The position numbers and the translations under genes are program-made. DNA of 47,767 bases. It comes from an uncultured delta proteobacterium (lineage in GTDB: Bacteria > RBG-13-61-14 > DRUE01). The notes beneath the pieces were generated by a model. The model saw nothing but the letters and a program-made list of their open reading frames with translations, ran no database searches and had not been told where the DNA came from. Each line of letters starts with the position of its first letter. Position 1 is the first letter of the stretch. The DNA lies in the NCBI GenBank assembly GCA_903930515.1, contig CAIYYW010000313.1, forward strand, positions 1 to 47,767, written 5' to 3'. Of the stretch, positions 27,624 to 37,093 are shown one piece after another.

Positions 27624-29093
27624 TTAATTCGGCGCCCAGCTGTTGGACATCTGGTCCATCAATGCCAGCGCCAGGTTCTTGCTGGTGGTGTCCAAGTCCA
27701 GGACTTCCACCTTTCGCTTTTGGTTTTTAGGATTGCCCTTGGCGTCCAGGGTCAGATCGCCTTTGAGGATGATCTTGGTGTTGCCGGAAGAAAACGACTG
27801 TCCCAAGATTCCCCCGGTTTTTAAATCCTTGGCCGAGGCCTTGAAAATATAGCTAGTGGGGGACGACTCATCCGGGGAGATCATCACTTCCACGAAGATG
27901 TCCGCGTATTTGTTCAAGGCATCCATCTCAATCGACATCCGGTCCAGGTCGGTGGCCGATTTCGCCTTCAAGGATTCCTGGCCGGCCTGACGGACGATGG
28001 TGTTCCGGTCAACCATCTTGGCCCGGGCGCTGATGAACGGGCTTAGAAAACCGTTCTGGAATTTCCAGGTCTCCGCTTCCGCGAATAAGCACCGCTCTTC
28101 CGGCATCTCGGACCGGAGTTCCACCGATTCGAATTTCAGTCCCATCCCGATGCTGCTCTGCTGAGTATTGCTTTTCGAGGGCTGGGAGGATTGTGATTCC
28201 GCGGGAGTTGCCGGAGACGCGGGGGGGGCCGCTTCAGCCGGCGCCGAGCCGGTGGCCCCTGATGCCGGTTGAACTTCCAAAGGCTTGGTCGGTTCGGTTC
28301 CGGTCGGTTTTGCGTTTTCCGCGGGAGTTGCCGGAGGCGCGGGGGGGGGCGCTTCAGCCGGCGCCGAGCCGGTGGACCCTGATGCCGGTTGAACTTCCAA
28401 AGGCTTGACCGGGTCGGTTCCGGTCGGTTTTGCGTTTTCCGCGGGAGTTGCCGGAGGCGCGGGGGGGGACGCTTCAGCCGGAGCCGAGCCGGTGGATCCT
28501 GATGCCGGTTGAGCCTTCGCGGGATTGATAGGCTCCGGCGGTTTTTCCTCCGGCTTTGGCGATACCGTGGCGCCGGCTTCAGGCTTTGCTTCGGCCGGAG
28601 CGACGGTGGGCTTGGCCTCCGGGCTTGGGCTGGTTTCCGGCTTGGGTTCTGCCGTTGCCGGGGCAGGCTTTTCCGCGCTGCTTCCTTCGGCAGGCTTGGG
28701 TTCGGTTATTTTTCCCGGCTCGGTCGCTGCTGACTGAGGGGCCGGCTCCGCAACCGGCTGGCTCACCTCCGGCTTAACATCCTCTTTGACCGCGAAGCTT
28801 GATTGCTCTTGGCTTTTGGAACTGATCTCAATGTTGCCGGTGATCTCGGCCTGGACCTTCTCCTTCACCTTCCATTCCGTGGACTCCTCGCTCAATTCCC
28901 GGTTGATGAAGACCACGATCCGGGGCTGTTTCCTGGCTTGATATGACTTGCCGAAGGCCTTCAGGATTTTCTTCTCCTGCGCCGCGGAAAAAGTCAGCGC
29001 GGTTTCTTTCGGCTTGCCGCTCCCGCGGATCCCGATCGCGCAAAGGCAGAGCAGAAAAGAAACCACCAATAATTTTACCCGGCTTCGCTTCAT
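27624..29093 (-). CDS. secreted protein with ~250-aa Pro/Ala/Glu-rich low-complexity linker and 40-aa tandem repeats; flanking regions resemble a split CsgG/LpoB-like lipoprotein fold
   Basis: Signal peptide MKRSRVKLLVVSFLLCLCAIG. Repeats PASGSTGSAPAEA.PPAPPATPAENAKPTGT.P.KPLEVQ, 2.7 copies. Function unknown. Confidence 0.72.
   Translation of the reverse strand: MKRSRVKLLVVSFLLCLCAIGIRGSGKPKETALTFSAAQEKKILKAFGKSYQARKQPRIVVFINRELSEESTEWKVKEKVQAEITGNIEISSKSQEQSSFAVKEDVKPEVSQPVAEPAPQSAATEPGKITEPKPAEGSSAEKPAPATAEPKPETSPSPEAKPTVAPAEAKPEAGATVSPKPEEKPPEPINPAKAQPASGSTGSAPAEASPPAPPATPAENAKPTGTDPVKPLEVQPASGSTGSAPAEAPPPAPPATPAENAKPTGTEPTKPLEVQPASGATGSAPAEAAPPASPATPAESQSSQPSKSNTQQSSIGMGLKFESVELRSEMPEERCLFAEAETWKFQNGFLSPFISARAKMVDRNTIVRQAGQESLKAKSATDLDRMSIEMDALNKYADIFVEVMISPDESSPTSYIFKASAKDLKTGGILGQSFSSGNTKIILKGDLTLDAKGNPKNQKRKVEVLDLDTTSKNLALALMDQMSNSWAPN
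28199..28513. repeat. tandem 120-bp repeat, ~2.6 copies, in-frame within the 27624..29093 CDS
   Basis: Lines 28201-28320, 28321-28440 and 28441-28513 align base for base with a few substitutions. Each copy carries a G8 or G9 run (28221-28228, 28341-28349, 28461-28468). Confidence 0.92.
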
Positions 29094-29172
29094 TTTACTT
29101 TATAATATTAGAATTCGTGTTCGCTGTCAAGGATTCCGGTCTTTGCCGGGGGTGGGATCGGGCGGCTCGTTT

Positions 29173-29913
29173 TTAATGGTTGAAAGGGGGATGGGGATGC
29201 CCGGAAGGGATCACGGGATTGAACATCATCCAGTAATTGACATAGTCGCCTTCCCAAACCGTTTGATCCGCGTCCCAGGGATAGAACCTTGCGCCGTAGG
29301 GACCGTCGGGGAGGGTTGAAAGGACTTGCCGCACCGCGTCTTCCGCGTAAGGCCGATACTGGGATAAGACGGAAAAAGCCGCATTATAGGCCGCCACCGC
29401 AACCAGGGATTCTTCCGGACGGCGGAAGCTGAGCGCGAGCAACAGGCTCGGTAAAAGGGTGTTTTCGCTTGAAGTCTGCTCGCTCTTCCAGAGGGTCTCT
29501 CCGGTTTTGGCGTCCTTCATCTCCAGCGAAAGCCCGACGGTGATGTCCGAATACAGGAACGCGTAATGCTTGTTGAATTCGGTCACGGTCCCGTAAAGCA
29601 GGGCGTCCGCTCCGAGCAGGTTCCCCAGTTCCCGGGGCGTGAACATATAAACATCGTGCGAGATCATTACGCCGTTGTCCTTGAGCTTCCGGTCAACCTG
29701 GTCCAGGGGAAGGCTATGGTAGCCCTGGTATTCCAGGCGCTGATGAATAATCGGCCGAACCAGGGGAGTGGCGTCCAAATCCACGCTCATATTGTCCATC
29801 GGCAGCACCGCGATCAAGGCCGGCCTTTGCTGATTAAAATTCGGGTGCAGGACCACGGTCGGGTTTTGAACGGCGCATCCCAAAAGCCAGGCGCAGATCG
29901 CGGCCGGGATCAA
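29173..29913 (-). CDS. DUF799/GNA1162-like lipoprotein
   Basis: Lipobox LLGC, then ALIAVLPMDNMS and ADALLYGTVTEF motifs typical of the family that co-occurs with CsgG-like genes. The listed start is TTG. An upstream CTG would add a basic n-region, so the start is uncertain. Confidence 0.6.
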   Translation of the reverse strand: MIPAAICAWLLGCAVQNPTVVLHPNFNQQRPALIAVLPMDNMSVDLDATPLVRPIIHQRLEYQGYHSLPLDQVDRKLKDNGVMISHDVYMFTPRELGNLLGADALLYGTVTEFNKHYAFLYSDITVGLSLEMKDAKTGETLWKSEQTSSENTLLPSLLLALSFRRPEESLVAVAAYNAAFSVLSQYRPYAEDAVRQVLSTLPDGPYGARFYPWDADQTVWEGDYVNYWMMFNPVIPSGHPHPPFNH

Positions 29914-29974
29914 CCAAGCGGCCGCGGTTTTATTTATTTTTTCCGGTCGGATCAGTCGTTTCCTCGGGTTGAGT

Positions 29975-30922
29975 TTAAAATTTGCCGGCGTCCTGCTCCA
30001 GGACCACGATGTCGCCTTTGGACGATCCTCCGCCGGAGGAGACCCTGGCTTTGGAAAGGTCTTCTCCGGTCAGCTCGTACACTTCCGCGCTTCCGATCTT
30101 CCGGGTTTTGTATCCGAGGAACGCCCCGGTCTCCGGGTCGGTGATTTTTCCGGTCACCTTTAAAATCGCCAGGCGGGAACCGATGGGCATGGCGCTTTTG
30201 CGTCCGGCATTGACATAGACGGTTTCCTGTCCGTTGATCAGGTCCACATCCGCGACCCGCCCCTCCCAGGGTGTCTCCTGCAGGCGCTGGATCAGGCTGA
30301 CGATGAACTGGTCAATGGAGGCCCGGAGCGCCTTGTCCGCCATAGTCTCGTCATAACTTGCGGAGCTTCCGAAGCCGAGGGTTTGCTCGGTTTCCTGCTC
30401 GGTCCTGCCGGTGCCGGAATCAGCGGTGATGATTTTTCCCGTGGTCACATCCACCACCCGGACATCCACGGTGGCCTCGGCGATCTGGACCTTTTTCTTG
30501 TAAACGCCATAGTCCTTGGCTTCTTCCCATTGTCCGAACTGGGTGATGCTGCCGATGATCACGGCTTGGATCCCGACCAGCTTGCCCGGCTCGGCCGCGC
30601 TGATGGGATTGATCTTTCCTGATTCAATCAGGTTAAATTCCTTTTCCAGCTCCTTTAAATCAGCGCGCTCGTAAAGCTCGAACAGCCCGCTTTTTTCCAG
30701 CTCGGAATAAAGGATGTCCAGAGCGGCCTGGGTCAGCTGGTCCTGGCCGTAGCGCGATTTGTTCTTGAAGGCGAAAATGCCCACCCGCTTCTTGGGGCCG
30801 CTGAGCTTGTAGACCGGCCGAGTCGGCGTGGTCATCTCCGGCTCCTTTTTGCTGTTGGCGCAGGAAAAGATCAATGCCGCCAACCCGAGAATCAAAACGG
30901 ATTGAAAAATATTTTTGTTCAT
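29975..30922 (-). CDS. CsgG-family lipoprotein (curli-type secretion channel homologue) with C-terminal beta-rich extension
   Basis: Lipobox LIFSC, RVGIFAFKNKS, LYSELEKSGLFELYERADLKELEKE and GIQAVIIGSITQF match CsgG-family blocks. The ATG overlaps the cysS TGA (ATGA at 30919-30922). Confidence 0.78.
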   Translation of the reverse strand: MNKNIFQSVLILGLAALIFSCANSKKEPEMTTPTRPVYKLSGPKKRVGIFAFKNKSRYGQDQLTQAALDILYSELEKSGLFELYERADLKELEKEFNLIESGKINPISAAEPGKLVGIQAVIIGSITQFGQWEEAKDYGVYKKKVQIAEATVDVRVVDVTTGKIITADSGTGRTEQETEQTLGFGSSASYDETMADKALRASIDQFIVSLIQRLQETPWEGRVADVDLINGQETVYVNAGRKSAMPIGSRLAILKVTGKITDPETGAFLGYKTRKIGSAEVYELTGEDLSKARVSSGGGSSKGDIVVLEQDAGKF

Positions 30923-32418
30923 TTCCCGCCTCCCGAGGCTTGCTGTTTTTGATGCACCTTTTTTAGTTCAAGATTCCAGGTCGTGCCTTCTTTGGTGTCC
31001 TCCAATAAAATACCCCGGTCCGCGAGTTCGGCCCGGATGGAATCCGCCACGGAAAATTTCTTCTCCAACCTGGCCTGGGCCCGCTCCCGGATCTTCGCCT
31101 CAATTTCCTCCGGCTGAAGGCCGATGATGACGATCGCCTTCGTTTTTGCCAGCTCGGTATATCGCGCGGGCTTTTCCTGGAAAAGGCCGATGATCTCCCC
31201 CAGCCGGACCAGTTCCTGAAAGCTTTTCCGGAGCAGGCTCGCCCCGGCCGGGTCTTTGCCGAATTTGGGGAGGTCCAGATGCTGGTTGAGCAGTCTGAGG
31301 AAATCGTTGAAAAGAGCGATCACCCTGGCGGTGTTGAAATCGTCGTCCATCGCTTCCATGAACTCGGATTCCAGCTTGGCCAGCTTTTCCGAAAGCGGGT
31401 TTTGTTCGGCCGGATTGGCCTCCGCGGATCCCAGTTTTTCAATCCGTAAAAAAGCCTGGTAAAAACGCCAGAGGGTCTCCTCGGCCTGGAGCAGGTTATC
31501 TTCCGCGAAATCTATCGGACTCCTCCAGTGCGCGGAGGAGTAAAAATATCTCACCACTTCCGGATGGTATCGCTTGAGCAGGTCGCGGATCAGGAGGATG
31601 TTTCCTAAAGACTTGCTCATCTTTTCCTGGTTGACCTGGACAAATCCGTTATGGAGCCAGTAGTTGACCATCTTCTTGCCGGAGGCGGCCTCGCTCTGGG
31701 CGATTTCGTTCTCGTGATGGGGGAAGATCAAATCCTTTCCCCCGCCGTGGATGTCAAAGGGGTTGCCCAAATATTTAGTGCTCATCGCCGAGCATTCAAT
31801 ATGCCAGCCCGGCCTTCCCGGCCCCCAGGGGCTTTCCCATTTCGGCTCATTAGGCTTGGCCGCTTTCCAGAGCGCGAAATCCAGCGGGTCTTCCTTTGCC
31901 TCGTTGATCCCCACCCGGGCCCCGGATTCCAAATCGTCCAGCGCGCGCTTGGACAGACGGCCGTAGGCGTGGAATTTCCGGACCGAGAAGAAGACATCGC
32001 CGGCCGAAGGATACGCGAACCCTTTGTCAATCAAGGCCTGGATGGTGGAGATGATCTCCGGGATATGATCGCTCACCCTGGGGGTATGGCTGGGCTTCCG
32101 GATCCGGAGAGATTCCATATCCTGCTCGTAACTATTGATGTAGCGCTCCGCGATCTCGGAGGCGGGAATGCCGTCTTTATTCGCCCGGTTAATGATCTTG
32201 TCGTCAACATCGGTGTAGTTCCGGACATAAGTGACCCGGTACCCGCGGAACTGGAAATAGCGGTAGATCACATCAAACATCACCGCGGCTCTTCCGTGCC
32301 CGATATGGCTGTCGTCATAAACGGTCGGCCCGCACACATACATCCGGACCTCGCCCGGATGAATCTCCTTGAATTCCTCTTTCCGCGCGTTCAAGGTGTT
32401 GTAAACTGAAATACCCAT
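30919..32418 (-). CDS. cysS: cysteine--tRNA ligase
   Basis: YVCGPTVYDDSHIGHGR (HIGH), KMSKSLGN (KMSKS). Start at the ATG at 32418 (AGGAGA SD). The listed 32448 is an upstream GTG. Confidence 0.93.
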   Translation of the reverse strand: MGISVYNTLNARKEEFKEIHPGEVRMYVCGPTVYDDSHIGHGRAAVMFDVIYRYFQFRGYRVTYVRNYTDVDDKIINRANKDGIPASEIAERYINSYEQDMESLRIRKPSHTPRVSDHIPEIISTIQALIDKGFAYPSAGDVFFSVRKFHAYGRLSKRALDDLESGARVGINEAKEDPLDFALWKAAKPNEPKWESPWGPGRPGWHIECSAMSTKYLGNPFDIHGGGKDLIFPHHENEIAQSEAASGKKMVNYWLHNGFVQVNQEKMSKSLGNILLIRDLLKRYHPEVVRYFYSSAHWRSPIDFAEDNLLQAEETLWRFYQAFLRIEKLGSAEANPAEQNPLSEKLAKLESEFMEAMDDDFNTARVIALFNDFLRLLNQHLDLPKFGKDPAGASLLRKSFQELVRLGEIIGLFQEKPARYTELAKTKAIVIIGLQPEEIEAKIRERAQARLEKKFSVADSIRAELADRGILLEDTKEGTTWNLELKKVHQKQQASGGGK

Positions 32419-32507
32419 TGCTATTTGTCTCCTGTAATTTCTTTCCACACTGTGCGAGCGCCTTCAGGCGCGATCTTCGTGGCGCAGACACTCTGGTCTG
32501 CGCACAT

Positions 32508-32987
32508 TTATGCTTTTTTCACCAAACACACCGCAAACGCCGCAATCCCTTCCTTCCTCCCCAGCGCCCCCATCAGCTCCGGCGTGGTGGCTTTCACGCT
32601 CACATCTTCGTCTTTTATCCCCAGCGCTTTCGCCAGGTTCTTCTCCATCTGCTCAAGTTTTCCGGCCAGCTTCGGCTCTTCCAGAATCACCATCAGGTCC
32701 AAATTCACCGGCTCATACCCCTTGGCCCGGATCAGCTCGCCGCAATTCTTCAACAGCTTCAAACTGTCCGCGTCCTTAAAAGCCGGGTCGGTGTTCGGGA
32801 AATGTTTGCCGATGTCCCCGAGCCGGCACGCCCCGAGAAGGGCGTCAGCCGCGGCGTGCGCGACCACATCCGCGTCCGAATGACCGGCCAGCCCGAGCGG
32901 GTATTTGAAAAGGACCCCGCCCAGGATCAGCTTCCGTTTTTTTTCAAACCGATGAAAATCTATTCCCAGTCCCACCCGTAAATTCAT
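32508..32987 (-). CDS. ispF: 2-C-methyl-D-erythritol 2,4-cyclodiphosphate synthase
   Basis: RVGLGIDFHRF...GHSDADVVAHAAADALLGA signature. The ATG at 32987 overlaps the ispD stop by 1 nt (TGATG). Confidence 0.93.
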   Translation of the reverse strand: MNLRVGLGIDFHRFEKKRKLILGGVLFKYPLGLAGHSDADVVAHAAADALLGACRLGDIGKHFPNTDPAFKDADSLKLLKNCGELIRAKGYEPVNLDLMVILEEPKLAGKLEQMEKNLAKALGIKDEDVSVKATTPELMGALGRKEGIAAFAVCLVKKA

Positions 32988-33661
32988 CAGCCCAACTCCT
33001 GCGCGATCAATTCCGCCAGCTTTAAATCCAGCGGGGTGGTGATCTTCAAATTGGTGTCCTCGCCCGGGACCATAAACACCTCCCCGCCCGCCCATTCCAT
33101 CAGGCCGGCGTCGTCCGTGGTATAAAAGCCGAGGTTCTGCGCCCGCTGATGCGCGTCCAGGATCAGCTCGCGCCGGAAAACCTGCGGGGTCTGGATAGAG
33201 AACAGACGGCTCCGGTCCACCGTGCCGATGATCCGTCTCTGCTTCGGGTCTATCTCCTTGATCGTCTCCCTGATCGGAAGGCCCGGGATCGCGGCTCCGG
33301 TCTTCTCCGCCTCGGCAATCACCCGCTCAATCAACCCCCGGGTCGGGAACGGACGCACCCCGTCGTGGATCAGGACCAGTTCCGCGGAGGGAGAGCAGGC
33401 CAAAAGACCGGCGTAAACCGAATCCTGCCGCTCCGCTCCCCCGACCACGATCCGGGCTTCCCTGCCCGAGAGAATTTCCGAGGCCCTTGCCTGATGCTCG
33501 GCCGGGACCACTACAATCATCTCGCTGATCCGGTTGCAGGCCCAAATCCGCTCCACGCTCCAGAGCAAAATCGGCTTGCCCCTGATTTCCAGGAACTGCT
33601 TGGGCAAAGAGGCGTTGATCCGCTCCCCTCTCCCCCCCGCAACCACCATCCCGCTGATCAT
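32987..33661 (-). CDS. ispD: 2-C-methyl-D-erythritol 4-phosphate cytidylyltransferase
   Basis: VVAGGRGERI..LPKQFL N-terminus, VLIHDGVRPF motif, ~224 aa. Confidence 0.92.
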   Translation of the reverse strand: MISGMVVAGGRGERINASLPKQFLEIRGKPILLWSVERIWACNRISEMIVVVPAEHQARASEILSGREARIVVGGAERQDSVYAGLLACSPSAELVLIHDGVRPFPTRGLIERVIAEAEKTGAAIPGLPIRETIKEIDPKQRRIIGTVDRSRLFSIQTPQVFRRELILDAHQRAQNLGFYTTDDAGLMEWAGGEVFMVPGEDTNLKITTPLDLKLAELIAQELG

Positions 33662-33909
33662 TTCAAGATTCTATCATTTCCCGCCCGGAATTTCTAGCCT
33701 TTCAAAATCAGGTTGATTCCGGAGTTGCCGGTTTATGCCAAAACCCCAAGGGCCGCCGATCTTTCGGATGAATGGAGGGATATCGCGGAAGTCCGGCCGG
33801 TTTGAATTAATCGTCAGCAGGGCGTTCAAATTTTAAACGCGGCCGAATTCCCGCAAAAAAGTCTCAAATAATCACCCTGGAGTGATTTATTTTTGCCGCT
33901 GTTCCGGTT

Positions 33910-35343
33910 TTATTTTCTATTTTTCAATTGTAGATCAAACCCCGGGATCAGGGGCTGGTATGATTTCATTTCAAAAAAAACCACTGAGGACAGGAGCCAG
34001 AGGGAGACCAGGTTGGGCAGGGCCATCATTCCGTTGAGGATATCGCAGAGGTTCCAGACCAGGTCAATTTTAATGCTGGCGCCGACGACCAGGAACAGGC
34101 AGAAGGCGTAACGGTAAGGGACCACCGACTTTAGCCCGAACAGATAGGAGAAGGATCGGTCGCCGTAATAAGACCAGGAGATGGCGGTGGAATAGGCGAA
34201 CAGGATCACGCCGATGGTCACGACCAGTTTGCCGAGGAAGGCGGTATTGAGGACATTGCTCAGGGGGGCCAACCCTTGCGAAAAGGCGGCGGCGGTTAGT
34301 TCGGCTCCTCCGATGTGGGAGGGGCCGTGCCAGGCGCCGGTAAGCACCACCACCAGCCCGGTCATTGAACAGATCACCAGGGTGTCTATGAACGGCTCAA
34401 GCAAGGCGACATATCCCTCCCGGACCGGGTAGTTGGTCTTGGCGGTGGCGTGCGCGATCGGGGCGGAGCCCATTCCGCTTTCGTTGGAAAAAATTCCGCG
34501 CGCCACCCCCATCCGCATCGTGAAGATAAAGGCCGAGCCGAGGAATCCTCCCTTGGCCGCGGTGCCGGTAAAGGCGTCGTGGAAAATCTGGTAAAAGACC
34601 GAAGGAATTTTTCCCAGGTTGAGCAGGATGATCGCCATCGCCGCGATGATGTAGAAGACGCACATAAAGGGCACCAGTCTTCCGGTGACCTCCCCGATCC
34701 TTCTGATGCCTCCGATGATCACCAGACCGGTCATCAAGGCGATGATGACCCCCGCGCCTACCTTGACCAGGTCAAACCCTCCGACCGGGACGGCCTTGCC
34801 GACCAGGCAGGAAAAAGACCTTGCCATCTCCCCGGCCTGGGCCATACAGCCGACCCCGAACGCGGCCACGGAAGCGAAACCGGCGAAGGTCACTGCGAGC
34901 CATTTCCAATTTTTACCCAGGCCGTTCTCAATGTAATACATCGGCCCGCCGGAAACGGTCCCGTCCGGGTTGGTCTTGCGGAACTTGACCGCGAGCGTGC
35001 AACAGGTGAACTTGGTGGCCATCCCGAGCGCGGCCGTGACCCACATCCAGAACAGCGCGCCCGGACCGCCCTTCTGGATGGCGATCGCCACGCCCGCGAT
35101 ATTGCCGATCCCGACCGTGGCCGAGAGCGCGGTGGAAAGCGCCTGGAAATGCTTGAGGTCTCCGGGATCGTCGGGGTTGTCATATTTGCCCGCGGTGAGC
35201 TTGACCCCGTGCCCGAAGCCGAAGATCTGGACCAGCCGCATCCGGATGGTGAGATAGACCCCGGTCCCGAGCAAAAGCGTGACCAGGACATAGCTCCAGA
35301 GGAAATCGTCAACTTGAGAAAGCAACTGATTGAAAATTTCCAT
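33910..35343 (-). CDS. sodium:alanine (alanine/glycine:cation) symporter, AGCS family
   Basis: GGPGALFWMW, FSNESGMGSAPIAHA and a multi-TM profile. ~477 aa. Confidence 0.9.
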   Translation of the reverse strand: MEIFNQLLSQVDDFLWSYVLVTLLLGTGVYLTIRMRLVQIFGFGHGVKLTAGKYDNPDDPGDLKHFQALSTALSATVGIGNIAGVAIAIQKGGPGALFWMWVTAALGMATKFTCCTLAVKFRKTNPDGTVSGGPMYYIENGLGKNWKWLAVTFAGFASVAAFGVGCMAQAGEMARSFSCLVGKAVPVGGFDLVKVGAGVIIALMTGLVIIGGIRRIGEVTGRLVPFMCVFYIIAAMAIILLNLGKIPSVFYQIFHDAFTGTAAKGGFLGSAFIFTMRMGVARGIFSNESGMGSAPIAHATAKTNYPVREGYVALLEPFIDTLVICSMTGLVVVLTGAWHGPSHIGGAELTAAAFSQGLAPLSNVLNTAFLGKLVVTIGVILFAYSTAISWSYYGDRSFSYLFGLKSVVPYRYAFCLFLVVGASIKIDLVWNLCDILNGMMALPNLVSLWLLSSVVFFEMKSYQPLIPGFDLQLKNRK

Positions 35344-35503
35344 TTTGGCGGCAATACAGTATCATAATCAAGCCTCAGGCTCAAGCGTCAATTTTTTCCG
35401 TTTCCGCCTCCCCCTTGACTTGAAATTTCCCTCCAAAAATTTTAAACTCCGGGGTCCCCGGATGCCAATGGATTTCGCTTGCGGGCTAAAAAATAATTTT
35501 TAC

Positions 35504-35532
35504 TTGACGGGGTTTAGGGATCCGGCTAATCT
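35504..35532 (+). promoter_or_regulatory. candidate sigma70-type promoter for dnaB
   Basis: TTGACG (35504-35509), 17-nt spacer, TAATCT (35527-35532). It lies 22 nt upstream of the dnaB ATG, which has an AGGGGGA SD. Confidence 0.35.
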
Positions 35533-35553
35533 CGGGGGTTGCCAGGGGGAAAA

Positions 35554-36990
35554 ATGGATCGGACTTTGCCACATAATCTGGAAGCCGAACGGGCAGTGCT
35601 GGGGGCGCTGCTGTTGGACCCGCGCGCCTTTGATCTGGTGCTGGAGATCATCGGCCCGGACGATTTTTATTCGGAGGCGCACCGTCATATCTATCAGTCA
35701 ATGGTTGATCTGGAATCCAAGGGCGTGGTGATAGATTTGATCAGCCTGGTGGATAATTTGAAGGGCCGGGGGTCGCTGGAGAAGGTGGGCGGGGAAGTGG
35801 TGGTGGGGAGCCTGGCGGACGGGGTGGCCAGCGCGGTCGGGATTGAGCATTGGGCCAAGCTGGTGCGGGAGAAGGCCCTGCTCCGGAGGGTGATCAACGA
35901 GGCGGCGCAGGTGATGGAAGAGGCCTACGGAGAGCCGGAGGATGTGGATCTGTTTATGGATTACGCCGAGAACCGGTTCCTGGAAATATCCTCCAAGCAC
36001 ACCGAGCAGAAATTTGTGGCGCTCCGGGAGCTGATGAAAAAAGGGATTGAGATGCTCCAGGAGATCGCGCAACGGAAGCAGCTTCTGACCGGGGTGTCCA
36101 GCGGATACAGCGAGTTGGACAAATATACCTCCGGGTTCCAGAAGCAGGAGCTGATCATCATCGCCGGCCGGCCCTCAATGGGCAAGAGCGCGCTGGCTTT
36201 GAATATGGCCAGGAACGCCGCGGTGGATTACGGGAAGACCGTGGTTTTTTTCAGTCTGGAGATGGGTTGGGAACAACTCCTGATCCGGTTGATGTCCGCG
36301 GAAACCAAGATTGACCAGAACAGTCTCCGGACCGGATTCTTCAAGCCCTTTTGGGAAAAGGTGATCAAGGCCGCGGGTAAACTTAGTCCGGCCAAGCTCT
36401 TGATTGACGATTCCAGCGCGCTCTCGGTGATTGAGATGAAGAGCCGGGCACGGAGGATCAAGGCGGAGTTCGGGAGCCTGGACCTGGTGGTGGTTGACTA
36501 TCTGCAATTGATCAGCCCGGCCCTATTCGGCGGCAAGCGCAGGTCTTCCAGCCGGGAGCAGGAAGTGAGCGAGATCAGCCGGTCGCTCAAGGCGATGGCC
36601 AAGGAGCTGAAGGTGCCGGTGATCGCCCTGAGCCAGTTGAACCGACAGGTGGAACACCGGGACGATAAAAGGCCGAGGCTCGCGGACTTGCGCGAGAGCG
36701 GCGCGATTGAGCAGGACTCGGATGTGATTATCTTCGTGCACCGGCCCGGGATGTTCTCGGCGCAGCCGGAGCGGAAGGAGAGCCGTCCCGGCGAGCAGTT
36801 CAACCCCTATGCCACTCCCGAGGAGGGAATGGACCGGAACATCACCGACGACCGCCTGACCGAGATCATCATCGGCAAGCAGCGGAACGGCCCGACCGGG
36901 ATTATCATGATGCAGTTCTTAAAGGAGTACGCGATCTTTGAGAGCCAGGACACCAGATACGACCGGGAGAAGATGCCGGAGACGACTTGA
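35554..36990 (+). CDS. dnaB: replicative DNA helicase
   Basis: LPHNLEAERAVLGALLLD N-terminus, Walker A GRPSMGKSA, VVDYLQL, LSQLNR, KQRNGPTG. Confidence 0.93.
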   Translation: MDRTLPHNLEAERAVLGALLLDPRAFDLVLEIIGPDDFYSEAHRHIYQSMVDLESKGVVIDLISLVDNLKGRGSLEKVGGEVVVGSLADGVASAVGIEHWAKLVREKALLRRVINEAAQVMEEAYGEPEDVDLFMDYAENRFLEISSKHTEQKFVALRELMKKGIEMLQEIAQRKQLLTGVSSGYSELDKYTSGFQKQELIIIAGRPSMGKSALALNMARNAAVDYGKTVVFFSLEMGWEQLLIRLMSAETKIDQNSLRTGFFKPFWEKVIKAAGKLSPAKLLIDDSSALSVIEMKSRARRIKAEFGSLDLVVVDYLQLISPALFGGKRRSSSREQEVSEISRSLKAMAKELKVPVIALSQLNRQVEHRDDKRPRLADLRESGAIEQDSDVIIFVHRPGMFSAQPERKESRPGEQFNPYATPEEGMDRNITDDRLTEIIIGKQRNGPTGIIMMQFLKEYAIFESQDTRYDREKMPETT

Positions 36991-37093
36991 GCGTTTGATT
37001 GAGGAGCGGGACCGGGCCGCGGATCATAAATTTGATCATTCCCGGGAAAGATGATATAAGAATAGTTTTGAGCCTTCAGACAAGGAGGAGGAA

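Noticed and set aside
28199-28513. Regularly spaced repeats considered as a possible CRISPR array.
   Set aside because: The units are 120 bp, directly abutting with no unique spacers. They are in frame within a long CDS and encode a 40-aa peptide repeat.
36730-36860. Extra ~20 residues in the DnaB C-terminal domain (SAQPERKESRPGEQFNPYATPEEGMDRNITDD), considered as a mini-intein or insertion element.
   Set aside because: It is far too short for an intein and has no Cys/Ser...HN splice junctions. It looks like a lineage-specific surface loop.
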